The notes under the pieces: generated by a model
Told to the model about the DNA's origin: nothing
The model's input: only the letters and a program-made list of their open reading frames with translations
The model's database searches: none
Position numbers and translations under genes: made by a program
Assembly: GCA_964202905.1 (NCBI GenBank)
Contig: CAXNJO010000004.1
Span: 448,001-512,000 of the forward strand
Source of the DNA: Polyangiales bacterium
GTDB lineage: Bacteria > Myxococcota_A > Polyangia > Polyangiales > JADJQN01
Direction: 5' to 3'
DNA: 64,000 nt
In this document: one piece after another, positions 1 to 14,203 of the stretch
How positions within the stretch are numbered: position 1 is the stretch's first letter
Layout of the letters: each line of letters opens with the position of its first letter

Positions 1-517
1 TGTGCGAATCGATGAGGCCCGGCGAGAGGATGCCGTGCGTGTCGATCACCGTCGCCGCCGCGGCGCCCGGCGTCGCGCTGCAATCGGCCGCAACGCACGT
101 GATCGCGTTGCCGACGACGAGCACCTCGCCCGGGTCGAGCACGCCCGTCGGCGTCAGCACGATCCCGCGGAGGAGGAGTCCCGCGGTGCCCGTACGCACG
201 ACCTCAGCGGGCGGCGACGCGACGGACCCGCCGGCGCCGCCATCGGGCGCCCCCGCATCGATGCCCGCGTCGACCGCGCCGGCGTCGATGCCCGCATCGA
301 GCGGCGGCACGTTGCCGTCGACGTCTCCCGCATCGAGCGGCGGCGTCACGTTGCCGTCGATGTCGCCCGCGTCGTCCGGCCCCGCGTCGAGCGGGCCCGC
401 GTCGGACAGACCGCCACGCGGTCCGGGGCTGCCGCCACACGCGCCGAAGAGCGCGGCCGCGAGGATGAGGACGGTGGCATCGACGATCCGCATCGAAACG
501 CGAGGGATGGTGGGCAT
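1..517 (-). CDS. Amidohydrolase-family lipoprotein, N-terminal part (runs off the window)
   Basis: Manual minus-strand translation: MPTIPRVSMRIVDATVLILAAALFGAC (lipobox), DAG-repeat linker, then ...VIDTHGILSPGLIDSH, the first metal-binding motif of amidohydrolases. Not in the ORF track because it has no stop in the window. Confidence 0.7.
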   Translation of the reverse strand, partial: MPTIPRVSMRIVDATVLILAAALFGACGGSPGPRGGLSDAGPLDAGPDDAGDIDGNVTPPLDAGDVDGNVPPLDAGIDAGAVDAGIDAGAPDGGAGGSVASPPAEVVRTGTAGLLLRGIVLTPTGVLDPGEVLVVGNAITCVAADCSATPGAAAATVIDTHGILSPGLIDSH

Positions 518-585
518 GGTGTGCCTGCGAGGAGAGCACGTCCGCGCGCGCGCTGTCGATAACGCGCGCCCGAGGAGGCCCACCG

Positions 586-1017
586 ATGAATCACCGTTCA
601 CCCACGACACGTCCGCGTCACGCTCGCTCGTTGCGCTTCATCTCCCTGCTCGCGTTGTTCGCTTCGGGCTGCGACCCCGAGATCATCGGCCTCTTCCGGG
701 GCCCCGCCGCGGCGCAACGCATCCCCCGCGCGGATGCGGCCCAGGCCGCGCGCGCGCCGACGGCGGGCGACCCGTGCAGCGCGCCGGACGACTGCGGGTC
801 GATCCCCGGCGCGACCTGCCTGCCGTGGCCCGGGGGCTATTGCAGCGGCCCCTGCGAGCCGGATGGCGCGTGCCTCGAGGGCATCTGCGCCGACCCCGAC
901 CATCCCGCGCATCCCGGCCCGCGCTGTCTGCGCGAGTGCGCCGACGACGGCGAGTGTCGCGCGGGCTACGCGTGCCGCGCGACCGTCGACGGACTCGTCT
1001 GCGTGCCCGCGTCCTGA
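586..1017 (+). CDS. Cys-rich lipoprotein
   Basis: GGAGG RBS; hydrophobic stretch ending FASGC; C-terminal Cys-rich repeats (GGYCSGPC, CLREC..DGECRAGYAC) typical of myxobacterial surface proteins. Confidence 0.7.
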   Translation: MNHRSPTTRPRHARSLRFISLLALFASGCDPEIIGLFRGPAAAQRIPRADAAQAARAPTAGDPCSAPDDCGSIPGATCLPWPGGYCSGPCEPDGACLEGICADPDHPAHPGPRCLRECADDGECRAGYACRATVDGLVCVPAS

Positions 1018-1047
1018 TCACCGCGCCGCGGAATGCCGCGGCCGCGA

Positions 1048-1827
1048 TCACTCGTCGTCGCGGGGGGGCGAGCCGGGATCCTCCGAAAAGCTCGGCACGC
1101 GCGAGGGGCGCGGGACGAGCATGGGGGGCGGCGACGCACCGGGAGACGGCTCGCGCGACGCGCCGGGCGGTGCGCCGCCAGGGAACATGGAGGCACGTCG
1201 CCCGGGCAGCACCGACGGGGAGCGCCCCTCCTGCAGCTCCGTCGGATCACCGATCAGCGCGAGGCAGCTCTTCACGATGGCCTTGAGCGTCTCGAAGACG
1301 CCGATCCCCGCGACGGCCTGCGCCTCGAACTCGGGCACGTCGGTCTCGACGGCGAGCAGCGCGCGGAGCTCGCTCGTCGCCATCGCCCCGGGCAGATCGC
1401 GCTTGTTGTATTGGACGACGAGGGGAAGCAGGTCGGGGTCGTCGCCCTGCATCATCAGGTTCGTCTCGAGGTTGCGGATGCTCTCGAGGTTGGCGTCGAG
1501 GCGGGCCTCCTGGCTGTCGACGACGAACACGATCCCGTCGACGTGACGCAGCACGAGACGGCGCGTGCGGTCGTAGGCGATCTGCCCCGGCACCGTGCAC
1601 AGGTGCAGGCGCAGGTCGTAGCCCCGGTACTTGCCGAGCTCGACGGGGAGCAGATCGAAGAAGAGCGTGCGCTCGGCCTCGTTGTTGAGCGAGATGAGGC
1701 GCCCGCGTTGCTCGGGGCGAGTCCGCGCGTGGATCTGCTCGAGGTTGGTGGTCTTGCCGCCGAGCCCGGGACCGTAATAGACGATCTTCAGGTGGATCTC
1801 GCGTCGGGCGTGCTGCACGAGCGGCAT
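1048..1827 (-). CDS. MglA-family small GTPase paralogue with Pro-rich C-terminal tail
   Basis: KIVYYGPGLGGKTTNL (P-loop), RTLFFDLLP, TVPGQ, NKRD motifs; no mglB partner adjacent. Confidence 0.9.
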   Translation of the reverse strand: MPLVQHARREIHLKIVYYGPGLGGKTTNLEQIHARTRPEQRGRLISLNNEAERTLFFDLLPVELGKYRGYDLRLHLCTVPGQIAYDRTRRLVLRHVDGIVFVVDSQEARLDANLESIRNLETNLMMQGDDPDLLPLVVQYNKRDLPGAMATSELRALLAVETDVPEFEAQAVAGIGVFETLKAIVKSCLALIGDPTELQEGRSPSVLPGRRASMFPGGAPPGASREPSPGASPPPMLVPRPSRVPSFSEDPGSPPRDDE

Positions 1828-1898
1828 ACAGCCCCTAGCGGTACCGAACGGGAGGCTTTTTGTCGATCCCAAACCGCCGCCGTGGCACATCCAGCCCC

Positions 1899-2261
1899 GT
1901 GAACGGCCGTTCCCCCCATGTTTTCGCTGTCTTTTTCGCGTCGGCCGCCGCGCTCGTCGGCGCGTCGTGCGGGGGCACGAGCGCCCTCCCACCGCCCGCG
2001 GTGCACGCGGACCTCCGCGCGCTCCAGTCCGCCGAGGCCAGGCTCGCCCGGGGCGCGGCGCGCGCCGCGGACCCCGGCGCAGGCTGTTCGTCGCGCTGCG
2101 AGGCCGCGGAAGAGGCACGTTTCGGCGCCGACAACGCGTGCCGCGTCGCGGAGAGCACCGACGACGCCGACATCGACACGCGCTGCGACCGCGCGCAGTC
2201 CCGTGCGACACAGACGCGCGCGCAGGTCGAGGCGGCGTGCGCGTGCGGGGCGCGGCGATGA
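1899..2261 (+). CDS. Small helical Cys-containing lipoprotein
   Basis: Hydrophobic stretch ending VGASC, several Cys residues, ATGA overlap with the next gene; start uncertain. Confidence 0.55.
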   Translation: MNGRSPHVFAVFFASAAALVGASCGGTSALPPPAVHADLRALQSAEARLARGAARAADPGAGCSSRCEAAEEARFGADNACRVAESTDDADIDTRCDRAQSRATQTRAQVEAACACGARR

Positions 2262-3490
2262 GCGCGGAATCACGCGGAGGCGCGCCGGCGCCCGGCGAGC
2301 ACTGGATCGTGGCGGCCGAGGCCGTGCTCGCAGGGCGCGCAGCCCCCGGCGAGGACGTCGACGTACTCCGCGGCGAGAGCCCGCCGCTCGTCGACGCAGC
2401 GCTGCTCGGCGCGCTCGGTCAGGCGATGCTCGCCGCCAGCATCTGGGCCGCGACGGTGTTCCGCGAGCAGGTCACCGAGGCCGCGATCGACCCGCTCCTG
2501 CTGCTGCTGCGCCTGCTCGCGCTCGGGCTCAGCGTGCGCACCGCCCTGCTCTTCGTGGGGCTCTTCCGGCGCGTGCGGCTGCTGCTCGACGCGCGGCGCC
2601 ACGCCCTCGTGATCGCCCCCGAGGGGCTCCTGCTCCGCACGCGGAGCGGGGATGTGCCGCTGCCGAAGGCGTGGATCGTCGGCGTGGTCGAGCGCGGCGA
2701 CTGGCGCGCGCGGGCCGGGCGGCGGACGAGCGAGGTCTACGTCGTGACGGCGCCGGAGTCGGGGCGCACGCACGTGGCGCTGCCGCCGATCTTCGACGCG
2801 ACGCCGGGCGTGCTCGCCGAGCGGCTGATGCGCTGGCGGGGCGCGGTGCCCGGCTCCGATGCCGACCGACCGGAGCCCGTGCGGCTCGCGAGCAAGCTCT
2901 ACGACGAGGTCGCAGCGGGCGCGCGGCCGGAGGGTGTGGCGGTGATCCGGCACGGGCGCGGCTGGCTCGTGCGCGGGCCGTACGCCTCGGTGTTGCTCGG
3001 CGTCGCGGTGCTCGTCGGCTTCGCGCGGCTGCCGGCGGGCACGCTCGCGCTCATCGGCCCACTGGCGCCCGTCGCCATCGGCGCGTGTCTCGCGCTGGTC
3101 CCCGCGCTCTGGATGTGGCTGGTGCGACGCGAGATCCGGCCGCGCCGCGGGCTGGCGCTCGTGCTCACGCCGGCCGAGGCGCTCATGCGGACGCGTGCCG
3201 GCGTCGTGCGCGTCGCCTGGCGCGCGGTCGCGCGGCTCTCCGTGGAGACGAAGAGCGCCTGGTCGCTGCTCCAGGGGCACCACGGGGCGCGCCACCTGCT
3301 GCTCGCGCGGCGCAACGAGCCCGAGGTCCGCTACGACGAGGCCTACCTCGGCGTGCCCGCGGAGGTCGCGCTCGCGCTCTGCGAGGCCTATCGGCGGGGC
3401 GCGCTGCCCCTCCCCGAGACCCTGGCGGCGATGCCCGACGCCGCGCCCGCGGGCAGCGAGACGACCGCCGCCCCGTCGCGCGACGCGTAG
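2258..3490 (+). CDS. Hypothetical membrane protein (about 4 TM, two similar halves)
   Basis: ATG overlaps the upstream stop; two TM hairpins, each followed by a similar segment (ALVIAPEGLLLRTRSG / ALVLTPAEALMRTRAG). Confidence 0.7.
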   Translation: MSAESRGGAPAPGEHWIVAAEAVLAGRAAPGEDVDVLRGESPPLVDAALLGALGQAMLAASIWAATVFREQVTEAAIDPLLLLLRLLALGLSVRTALLFVGLFRRVRLLLDARRHALVIAPEGLLLRTRSGDVPLPKAWIVGVVERGDWRARAGRRTSEVYVVTAPESGRTHVALPPIFDATPGVLAERLMRWRGAVPGSDADRPEPVRLASKLYDEVAAGARPEGVAVIRHGRGWLVRGPYASVLLGVAVLVGFARLPAGTLALIGPLAPVAIGACLALVPALWMWLVRREIRPRRGLALVLTPAEALMRTRAGVVRVAWRAVARLSVETKSAWSLLQGHHGARHLLLARRNEPEVRYDEAYLGVPAEVALALCEAYRRGALPLPETLAAMPDAAPAGSETTAAPSRDA

Positions 3491-3541
3491 CCCCTTGTCG
3501 CGAGCGCTGCTGGGGACCCGCACGAGCGCGGTGCCACGCGA

Positions 3542-6500
3542 TCAAGGCGCCGACGCGCGCGGCACCACGGCGATCGCGACCACACGGACCTCGCCGTCGA
3601 CGCGCACCGCGAGCGGCGACGGGAGACCGGTCTCAGGCAGCTCGAACGCCAGCTCCTGCGGGCCGGGCGCGAGCGGCCGCGCGGGGTCGAGACCGTCGAT
3701 CGCGAGCGCGGGCGCGTCGCCCTGCCCCGTCGCGACGACGCGGACCACGAGGCGCGACGGGCTCGGTGGCGCACCGCCCGACGGGAGCGCGAGCCGCGCC
3801 CCGTCGCCGGGCACGCAACCGGCCTCCGCGGGCCCCGCCGGAGACGCCTCTCCGCCTGCGCACCGCCAGCGCGCCGAGACGCACGCCGGCCGCGCGACGC
3901 AGGTCGGCGCCCCGCCTGCTCGCGCGGCGCAGCGCGCCCGACTCGACGAGCAGCCCGACGCCGCCCGGGAGCGGCTCTGCGGCGCCGAGCGCCGCGACGA
4001 GGAGCGCCGGCGCGCGTCGGTCGCGGAGGCGCATGAGCGCGCGTGCCTCGGCGACACGCGCCCCCGGGTAGCGCTCGACGCGGAGCGCTGCGACGAGCGC
4101 GTCCCCGGCGGCGCGCTCCCCGAGCAGACCGAGCGCGTCGGCCGCGTCCGTCCGCAGCACGAGATCGGCGAGCAGCGCCTCGAGCGCGCCCCGCGCCGTG
4201 CGCACGCCGAGCCGTCCGAGCGCACGCACGGCGGCGCCCCGGGCATCGCTCGGCGCTGCAGCGTCGCGCGCGAGCGCCTCGAGCACCGACGCGCCCGCCG
4301 CGTCCCCCGCCACCGCGAGCGCGAGCGCAGCGCGCCGCGCCCGCTCGACGCCCGCCGCGCCGCACGCTGCGCCTCCCTGCGCGCACGCGTCCGCGACGAT
4401 CGACACGAGCGCAGCGCGCGCGTCCGGCTCGCCGAGCAGGAACGCCGCGAGCGACGCCTCGGCGCGCACCGACGCATCAGGATCCGCAGCGCGCAGACGG
4501 CGAAGCGTCGGCAACGCGGGCGCAGCGCGGAGCGCGCCGAGCGCGGCGGCGGCCTCGGCGCGAAGCCCGGCGTCGTCCGCGCCGAGCAGCGCGAGCAGGG
4601 CCGGCGCTGCGCTGCGATCGCCGAGCCGCGCGCGGGCGAGCGGCGCACGCACGTCGTCCATCGCCTCGACGCGCGGGATCGACGCGAGCAGCCCGCCGAG
4701 CGCGTCGCGCAGCGCCGTGAGTTCCGCGTCGCGCGCGCCCGCCACGTCGCGCCGCTCGCCCGGATCGGTCGCGAGATCGTAAAGGCGACACGCGTCCTCT
4801 TGCTCTGCGCAGATCGCCTTGAGCCGCCCGTCGGTGACCATCCACTCCTCGCCTAGCGAGGCGAAGGCGAAGCGCGGCGCAGCCGACGCGGCGCCGAGGA
4901 GCAGCGCGCCGAGGTCGTCCCCGCGCATGCGGACATCGGGCGGAACCCCCAACGCGGCGAGGATCGTGGGCGCGAGATCGACGAGCTCGACCGGCGCATC
5001 GACGACCGCGGGTCGCACGGCGCCGGGTGACGACCAGAGCAGCGGCACGCGCGCCTGCTCGTCGTAGAGGCTCGTCCCGTGGAAGCGCGCGCCGTGCTCG
5101 CCGAACTCCTCGCCGTGATCGGCCGTGACGATGACCGTGCCGCGCGGCCGCCGTGCCCGGAACGCCCGCACCAGCGCGCCGACCCCCGCGTCCGCGGCGG
5201 CCACCTCGCCCTCGTATCGCGCGCGCTCCGACTCACCGCGCGCGAAGGCCGGCGGCGGCTCGTACGGCTCGTGCGGCTCGAAGAGGTGCGCCCACACGAA
5301 GAGCGGCGCGTCGTCCGGGGTGCCCGCGAGCCACGCCTCGACCTGCTGCGCGCGCGCCTCGGCGCTCGCCCACCCGACCTCGCGCTGCGCGAACCCGAAG
5401 CCCGACGCGCGCAGCGGCGCGAGCGGCTCGGCGTCCACGAAGAAGACGGCCGGCGGGAAGAACGCGGCCGTGCGCACGCCGGCGGCGCCCAGCAAGGAGG
5501 CGATCGTCGGGCGCGCAGCGCCGTCCGGCCGCAGCGCGAGCACCGCGCGCAGGTATGTGCCCGTGAAGAGGCTCCCGAGCGCGTGCGAGGTGTGCGGCGT
5601 CGGCGTGTACGCGCGGCGGAACACGACACTCTCCCGCGCGAGGGCGTCGAGCGCCGGCGTGCGCCCGGCACCGCCGTACGCGGCGAGCGCGTCCGCGCGG
5701 AGCGCATCGACGGTGATGAGCAGCACGCTCCGGTCACCGAGCGCGAGCGCATGCGCGGCGGCGGGGCCCTGCGATCCCGCCGCGACGGGCGGCGGCGTCG
5801 GGCCCCGCGACGAACGCGCGGGGAGCGGTCGGGGCGTCGCGCGACGGAGCGCGGCGACGGCCTTGCCCGTCAGCGGCGCGAACTGCTCGGCCGCGTAGCG
5901 CGCACTCGCGTCGAGGCGGAGCGCCCAGAGCGCAGGCGCCGCGCAGAGCACCCCGAGCACGACGACGCCGAACGCCGCCCGCGCCCAGCGGTTCGACGGG
6001 CGCGACGCGAGCGGCACGAGGTCGGCCGCGACGGTCGCCGCGACCACCGCGACCACCGCGAGAGCGACGTGGAACGCCTCGTAACTCCTCGGGAATACGC
6101 GCTGATCCGCCAGCGCGGAGGCCAACGCGACGCCGAGCAGCGCGAGCGTCGCAACGCCCCGCGCCCCCCGCGACGCTGCCCGGCGCGCGCGCACCCAGCG
6201 CACAGCGAGCGCGGCCACGACGCCCGCGACGAGCGCGGCGACGAGCGCGACGAGCGCCGCGCGCCCGGGCAGCGCGTGCACGCGGCGGCCGCTCGTCAGC
6301 CGCCAGAAGAGGACGTCGAGCGCGGGCGCCGCCGTGACGAAGACGACGGCCGCGAGCCGCCGCCGGCGCTTCCATCAGCGCGGCGGCCCGCGCGCGACCG
6401 CGCGCAGCGCGAGGTCCGATCGCGCTGCAGAGCGTCGCGACTGGCGCCGACTCCCGACCGCCGCCGAGGCCAGCCGCGCCGCGTGCGCCGGATCGCGCTC

Positions 6501-6629
6501 GGCTGCACGCAGCGCCGCGAGCCCCACCTCGCCGAGCGCGAGCGCGGCCGCCGCGAGCCCCGACCGCGCGACCGCACGGCTGAACGCGGGGCCACACGGC
6601 GCGCAGTCGACGCGCGGCGCGTCGCTCAC
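3542..6629 (-). CDS. Membrane-anchored sulfatase-like/alkaline-phosphatase-superfamily protein with HEAT repeats (frameshifted in this sequence)
   Basis: LLITVDALRAD, HLFEPHEPY, ADHGEEFGEHG motifs; N-terminal TM helices; C-terminal HEAT-like repeats. GTG start overlaps the recG stop; frame changes near 6.3-6.4 kb and 3.87 kb. Confidence 0.8.
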
Positions 6630-9184
6630 CCGGCCTCTTCGCGCACCACCGACCGCGGCGACGCGGCGAGCCGCGCGAGCGCACGGCGCGCCCCTTCGTT
6701 CGCGGGATCCGTGAGCGCCGGGTCCGCCGCGAGCATCTGCCGCGCGGACGTGCGTGCCCGCTCGAGCAGCGCGAGATCGCGGCGCAGATCGCCGAATCGG
6801 AAGCCCGGCAGCCCCGACTGCTTGCGCCCGAACAGCTCGCCCGGGCCGCGGATGCGCAGGTCTTCCTCGGCGATGCGGAATCCGTCGTTCGTTTCGCAGA
6901 GCACACGCAGCCGCGCGACGGCGTCGTCCCCGCTCGCCCGGTGCACGAGCAGGCACGCGCTCGCCTGCCCGCCCCGACCGACGCGCCCGCGGAGCTGGTG
7001 CAGCTGCGCAAGCCCGAAGCGCTCCGCGTGCTCGATGAGGATCACGTTCGCGCGCGGCACGTCGACGCCGACCTCCACGACGGTCGTCGACACGAGCACG
7101 CGCACCTCGCCGCGGGCGAAGCGCTCCATCGCGCGCTGCTTCTGCTCGGCGGGGAGCCGCCCGTGGAGGAGCTCGACGCCCTGCGCCGCGAAGCGCACGC
7201 GGAGCTCTTCGTATGTGCCGGTCGCGTCGCGGAGGTCGACCTCCTCGGACTCCTCGACGAGCGGACAGACGACGAAGGCCTGCCCGCCCGCGTCGAGGGC
7301 GCGCGTGAGCTGCACGTACGCGTCCTCGCGACGCGCCTCGGGGTAGGCGCGCGTGACGGACGGGCGGCGCCCGGGGGGCAGCGCGTCGATCGCGCTGACG
7401 TCGAGGTCGCCGTAGAGCGCGAGCGCGAGCGTGCGCGGGATGGGGGTCGCCGTCATGACGAGCAGGTGCGGGAGCACCGGGCGGGCCTGCGCGCCGCCGC
7501 TCTTCTCGACGAGGCGGAGGCGCTGCGAGACGCCGAAGCGGTGTTGCTCGTCGACGACGACGAGCCGCAGACGGCGGAAGACCACGCCCTCGACGAGCAG
7601 GGCGTGCGTGCCGACCGCGACGTCGATGGTCCCCTCCGCGAGGGCCTTGCGCACGCTGCGCTTGTGGGACGCCCGCGCCCCGCCGACGACGAGCGCCATC
7701 CGCAGCCCGAGCGCCCGCGCGAGCGGCTCGAGCGAGCGGAAGTGCTGCTCGGCGAGGACTTCCGTCGGCGCCATCATCACGGCCTGCGCGCCCGACGCGA
7801 CCGCGTGCGCGCACGCGAGCATCGCGACGGCGGTCTTGCCGCAGCCGACGTCGCCCTGCAGCAGGCGGCGCATCGGCGCGTCGCGACCGAGGTCGGCGCC
7901 GATCTCGGCGAGGGCGCGCTCCTGCGCGTCGGTGAGCGTGAACGGCAGCGCGGCGCGCGCGCGCGCGAGCGGCGCCGCCGCGGGGACGAGCGCCTCGGCG
8001 TGCAGGCCGGCCTCCTCCGCGCGACGTGTGTGCAGCGCCAGCTCGAGCAAGAAGAACTCCTCGTAGGCGAGGCGTGCGTGAAAGCGGGTGCGGCCCTCGT
8101 TCCACGCGGCGAGCGCGGCGTCGTCGAGATCGGCGGGCGGATCGTGGAGCGCGCGCAAGGCACCGACGAGCGACGGCAACCCCTCGGCGTCGCGCACCGC
8201 CGCGGGCACCGCCTCCGGGTACGTCCCCTCGAGCCGCTCCACCGCGGCACGCGCCGACCGCGCCACGAGGCGCGCCGGGACGCCCGGCAGCTCCGGGTAG
8301 CGCGGTGCCACGCCGACGGCGGCGTCCTGCTCGCCATCGAGGCGCGCGGCGTCCGGATGCGACATCGAGAGCACGCCGCGGAACTCGTCCACCAGCCCCG
8401 CGAGCCGGAAGCGTGCCCCGCGCGGAAAGCGCTGCGCGAGCCCGAAGCCCGCCTGGAACCAGATGCAGCGCAGCATGCCCACGCGGCCGCCGCGCTCCTC
8501 CTCCGTGGGCTCGAACGTGACCTCGACGAAGCGACGCCGCCCGCCCCCCGACCGCGCCGCGGCGACGAGCCCGACGACGACCTGCCGCGTCCCGGGCGCG
8601 AGCTCGCCGAAGGGCGTCGTGCGCCGCTCGTCGTCGTAGCGGCGCGGCAGGAGCAGCGCGAGCTCCCCCACGGTGTCGATCCCACGCCGCCGCAGCGCGT
8701 CCCCCGCACGCGGTCCGATCCCGGGCACCGACTCGACTGGCCGGTCGAGCGCCTCGAGCCTGCCCGCCTCGTCGTCCGCCAGTGCCTGGGCCTGACGCCG
8801 TTGACGCGCCGCGTCACGACGTGTGTCGTGCGAGGACCGCGCGCGCCGTTGGCCCGGCCCGGCGCCCTCGTCGCGCGGCGTGGCCCCACCGGGCGACGTC
8901 GCCAGCGCCGGCGTGCCCTCCGGCGCAGCGCGCGAGCCGCCCCGCGCCTCACGCCCCGCGTACGCTTGCGACACGCCGCGCTGCGCGGCGGCGGCCGCGA
9001 CGCGCAGCGCGTCGGCCGTGCGCGCCTTCGCCAGCCGCTCGGCCGCGGCGACCAACCCCGCGTCGTCCCCGGCGATCGCGAGGATCCCGCGGACGCACGC
9101 GTCCAGCTCACCACTCGGCACGCTCGCGGGATCGACCACGATCCGCCCGAGCGTCCGCACGATCTCGGCGGGATCCGCGCTCAT
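6626..9184 (-). CDS. recG: ATP-dependent DNA helicase RecG
   Basis: LLQGDVGCGKT, VVDEQHRFG, MTATPIPRTL, HQLRGRVGRG, DGFRIAEEDLRIRGPGE. Confidence 0.97.
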   Translation of the reverse strand: MSADPAEIVRTLGRIVVDPASVPSGELDACVRGILAIAGDDAGLVAAAERLAKARTADALRVAAAAAQRGVSQAYAGREARGGSRAAPEGTPALATSPGGATPRDEGAGPGQRRARSSHDTRRDAARQRRQAQALADDEAGRLEALDRPVESVPGIGPRAGDALRRRGIDTVGELALLLPRRYDDERRTTPFGELAPGTRQVVVGLVAAARSGGGRRRFVEVTFEPTEEERGGRVGMLRCIWFQAGFGLAQRFPRGARFRLAGLVDEFRGVLSMSHPDAARLDGEQDAAVGVAPRYPELPGVPARLVARSARAAVERLEGTYPEAVPAAVRDAEGLPSLVGALRALHDPPADLDDAALAAWNEGRTRFHARLAYEEFFLLELALHTRRAEEAGLHAEALVPAAAPLARARAALPFTLTDAQERALAEIGADLGRDAPMRRLLQGDVGCGKTAVAMLACAHAVASGAQAVMMAPTEVLAEQHFRSLEPLARALGLRMALVVGGARASHKRSVRKALAEGTIDVAVGTHALLVEGVVFRRLRLVVVDEQHRFGVSQRLRLVEKSGGAQARPVLPHLLVMTATPIPRTLALALYGDLDVSAIDALPPGRRPSVTRAYPEARREDAYVQLTRALDAGGQAFVVCPLVEESEEVDLRDATGTYEELRVRFAAQGVELLHGRLPAEQKQRAMERFARGEVRVLVSTTVVEVGVDVPRANVILIEHAERFGLAQLHQLRGRVGRGGQASACLLVHRASGDDAVARLRVLCETNDGFRIAEEDLRIRGPGELFGRKQSGLPGFRFGDLRRDLALLERARTSARQMLAADPALTDPANEGARRALARLAASPRSVVREEAG

Positions 9185-9212
9185 GGAGCTCCCCGACCCC
9201 GCGCCGTCGCGG

Positions 9213-9686
9213 TCAGGACCAGCGGACCTCGAGCACCTCGTAGACCTTCACGCCACCGGGCGCGCGGACCTGCACCTCGTCGCCGACCTCGCGGCCGATC
9301 ATCGCGCGCGCCATCGGCGACGTCACCGAGATCGATCCCTGCTCGAGGTTCGCCTCCTCCGGGCCGACGATGCGGTACTCGATCAGCTTGCCGCTCGACG
9401 CCTCCTCGAGCTTCACGAAGGCCCCGAACTTGACCTTGGTGCCGCCCAGCGTCGACACGTCGATGACCTCGGCCCGCGCGAGTTTGTCCTCGATGTCGTT
9501 GATCCGCGCCTCGATGAGGCCCTGCTTGTCCTTCGCGGCGTGGTACTCGGCGTTCTCGCGGAGGTCGCCGTGCTCGCGCGCGACGCCGATCTCGGCCGAC
9601 ACCTTCGGGCGCTCGACGTCCTTGAGGTGACGCAACTCTTCTTTCAGCTGCGCGTGGCCTTTCGGCGTCATCGGCACTTTGTCCAT
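9213..9686 (-). CDS. greA: Transcription elongation factor GreA
   Basis: AREHGDLRENAEYHAAK, ISVTSPMARAMIG. Confidence 0.98.
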   Translation of the reverse strand: MDKVPMTPKGHAQLKEELRHLKDVERPKVSAEIGVAREHGDLRENAEYHAAKDKQGLIEARINDIEDKLARAEVIDVSTLGGTKVKFGAFVKLEEASSGKLIEYRIVGPEEANLEQGSISVTSPMARAMIGREVGDEVQVRAPGGVKVYEVLEVRWS

Positions 9687-9735
9687 GGTCCCGCTTGGTA
9701 CACCTCACCGCGATCCCGGGCAAGGCTGTCGCGCG

Positions 9736-10755
9736 TCAACGCGGAGGCGCGGGCCCCACGGGCTCCGCGGCAAGCGCGGCGTCGTGGAAGAGCAACATCT
9801 CGAGCGCGCCCGGCCCTCGGTTGAACGCGTAGCCGTGCGTGCCCGACGCGACGAGCAACTCGTGTGCGGCGCGACGCTCGCGCAGCGCCGCCGAGAAGGC
9901 GCGCGCGGCGGCGAGTCCCGTGTCCCCGTCGCTGCTCACGACGCGGAGCCGCTGCGGGAGCGACGCAGGTCGCGCGGCCGCCGCGTCCACGAGCGCCGTG
10001 AGCACGAGCTCGTCGATCGCGGGTTGCAGCGCACCGACGGCACCGAACGCCTCGGGGTGCGCGAGCCCGGCCTCGAGCGCGAGCCGACCGCCGAGCGACA
10101 CGCCGTCGATGCCGGCTCCCTCGCGCCCACGCGCCGCGGGGAACGCCGCACGCACGGCCTCGAGGAGCGGCCCCGCGAGCCACGCCCCCCACGCGCGCGC
10201 CTGCTCCGAGCCGACGCCGCGGAGCGGCGGCGTGTACGGCGTGACGACGAAGAGCCCGTGAAAGGGGCGCTCCCGCAGCGCCGCGTTCACGACGCCGAGG
10301 CGCGACGGCGTGACGAGCCCACCGAAATTCGCGGTCGTGAGCGCCCCGCGCCTGAGCGCGCCAATCGCCGCGTCGAGCCCGTAGTCGACGCTCCACGCGA
10401 GGCAGCCGCGGCTCGGAGGCAGCGCGGCCTCCCGCGCGCCGTGCAACGCCACGAGGATCGGCCAGCGCTCCCGCGTCGGCAGCGCCCCGCCCGCCCGGCG
10501 CGGCCAGGTCACGAGGACACGCTGCGAGGGCCCGCCCGCGGGGGCCGGCACGTAGAGCACGCGCTGGTGCGTGGACGCGCTACGCGGCTGCGTCGAGGCG
10601 CGCCGCGTCCCCGCGGCGAACGACGCGAGCGCTGCGCCGAGCACGAGCGCGACGCGGGCGGCGGCTCCGGGGGACCACCGGCCGCGACGCGCACGGGGCA
10701 CCGGGTTCGGGCCGCCCGCGCACCGGGCAACGAACGTCCCGCGCACCGCGCTCAT
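9736..10755 (-). CDS. Alpha/beta-hydrolase (esterase-like), probably exported
   Basis: LVALHG, GVSLGG nucleophile elbow, GTHGY; start uncertain. Confidence 0.75.
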   Translation of the reverse strand: MSAVRGTFVARCAGGPNPVPRARRGRWSPGAAARVALVLGAALASFAAGTRRASTQPRSASTHQRVLYVPAPAGGPSQRVLVTWPRRAGGALPTRERWPILVALHGAREAALPPSRGCLAWSVDYGLDAAIGALRRGALTTANFGGLVTPSRLGVVNAALRERPFHGLFVVTPYTPPLRGVGSEQARAWGAWLAGPLLEAVRAAFPAARGREGAGIDGVSLGGRLALEAGLAHPEAFGAVGALQPAIDELVLTALVDAAAARPASLPQRLRVVSSDGDTGLAAARAFSAALRERRAAHELLVASGTHGYAFNRGPGALEMLLFHDAALAAEPVGPAPPR

Positions 10756-10783
10756 CCGCTCGCTCCCCACGCTCGACGCGGCG

Positions 10784-14147
<3,364 letters not shown>

Positions 14148-14203
14148 GGCGACGGCGGCGTTACCAGAGCGCAGGCGGCACCGCAAGCACCGTGGCGCTC
14201 ACG

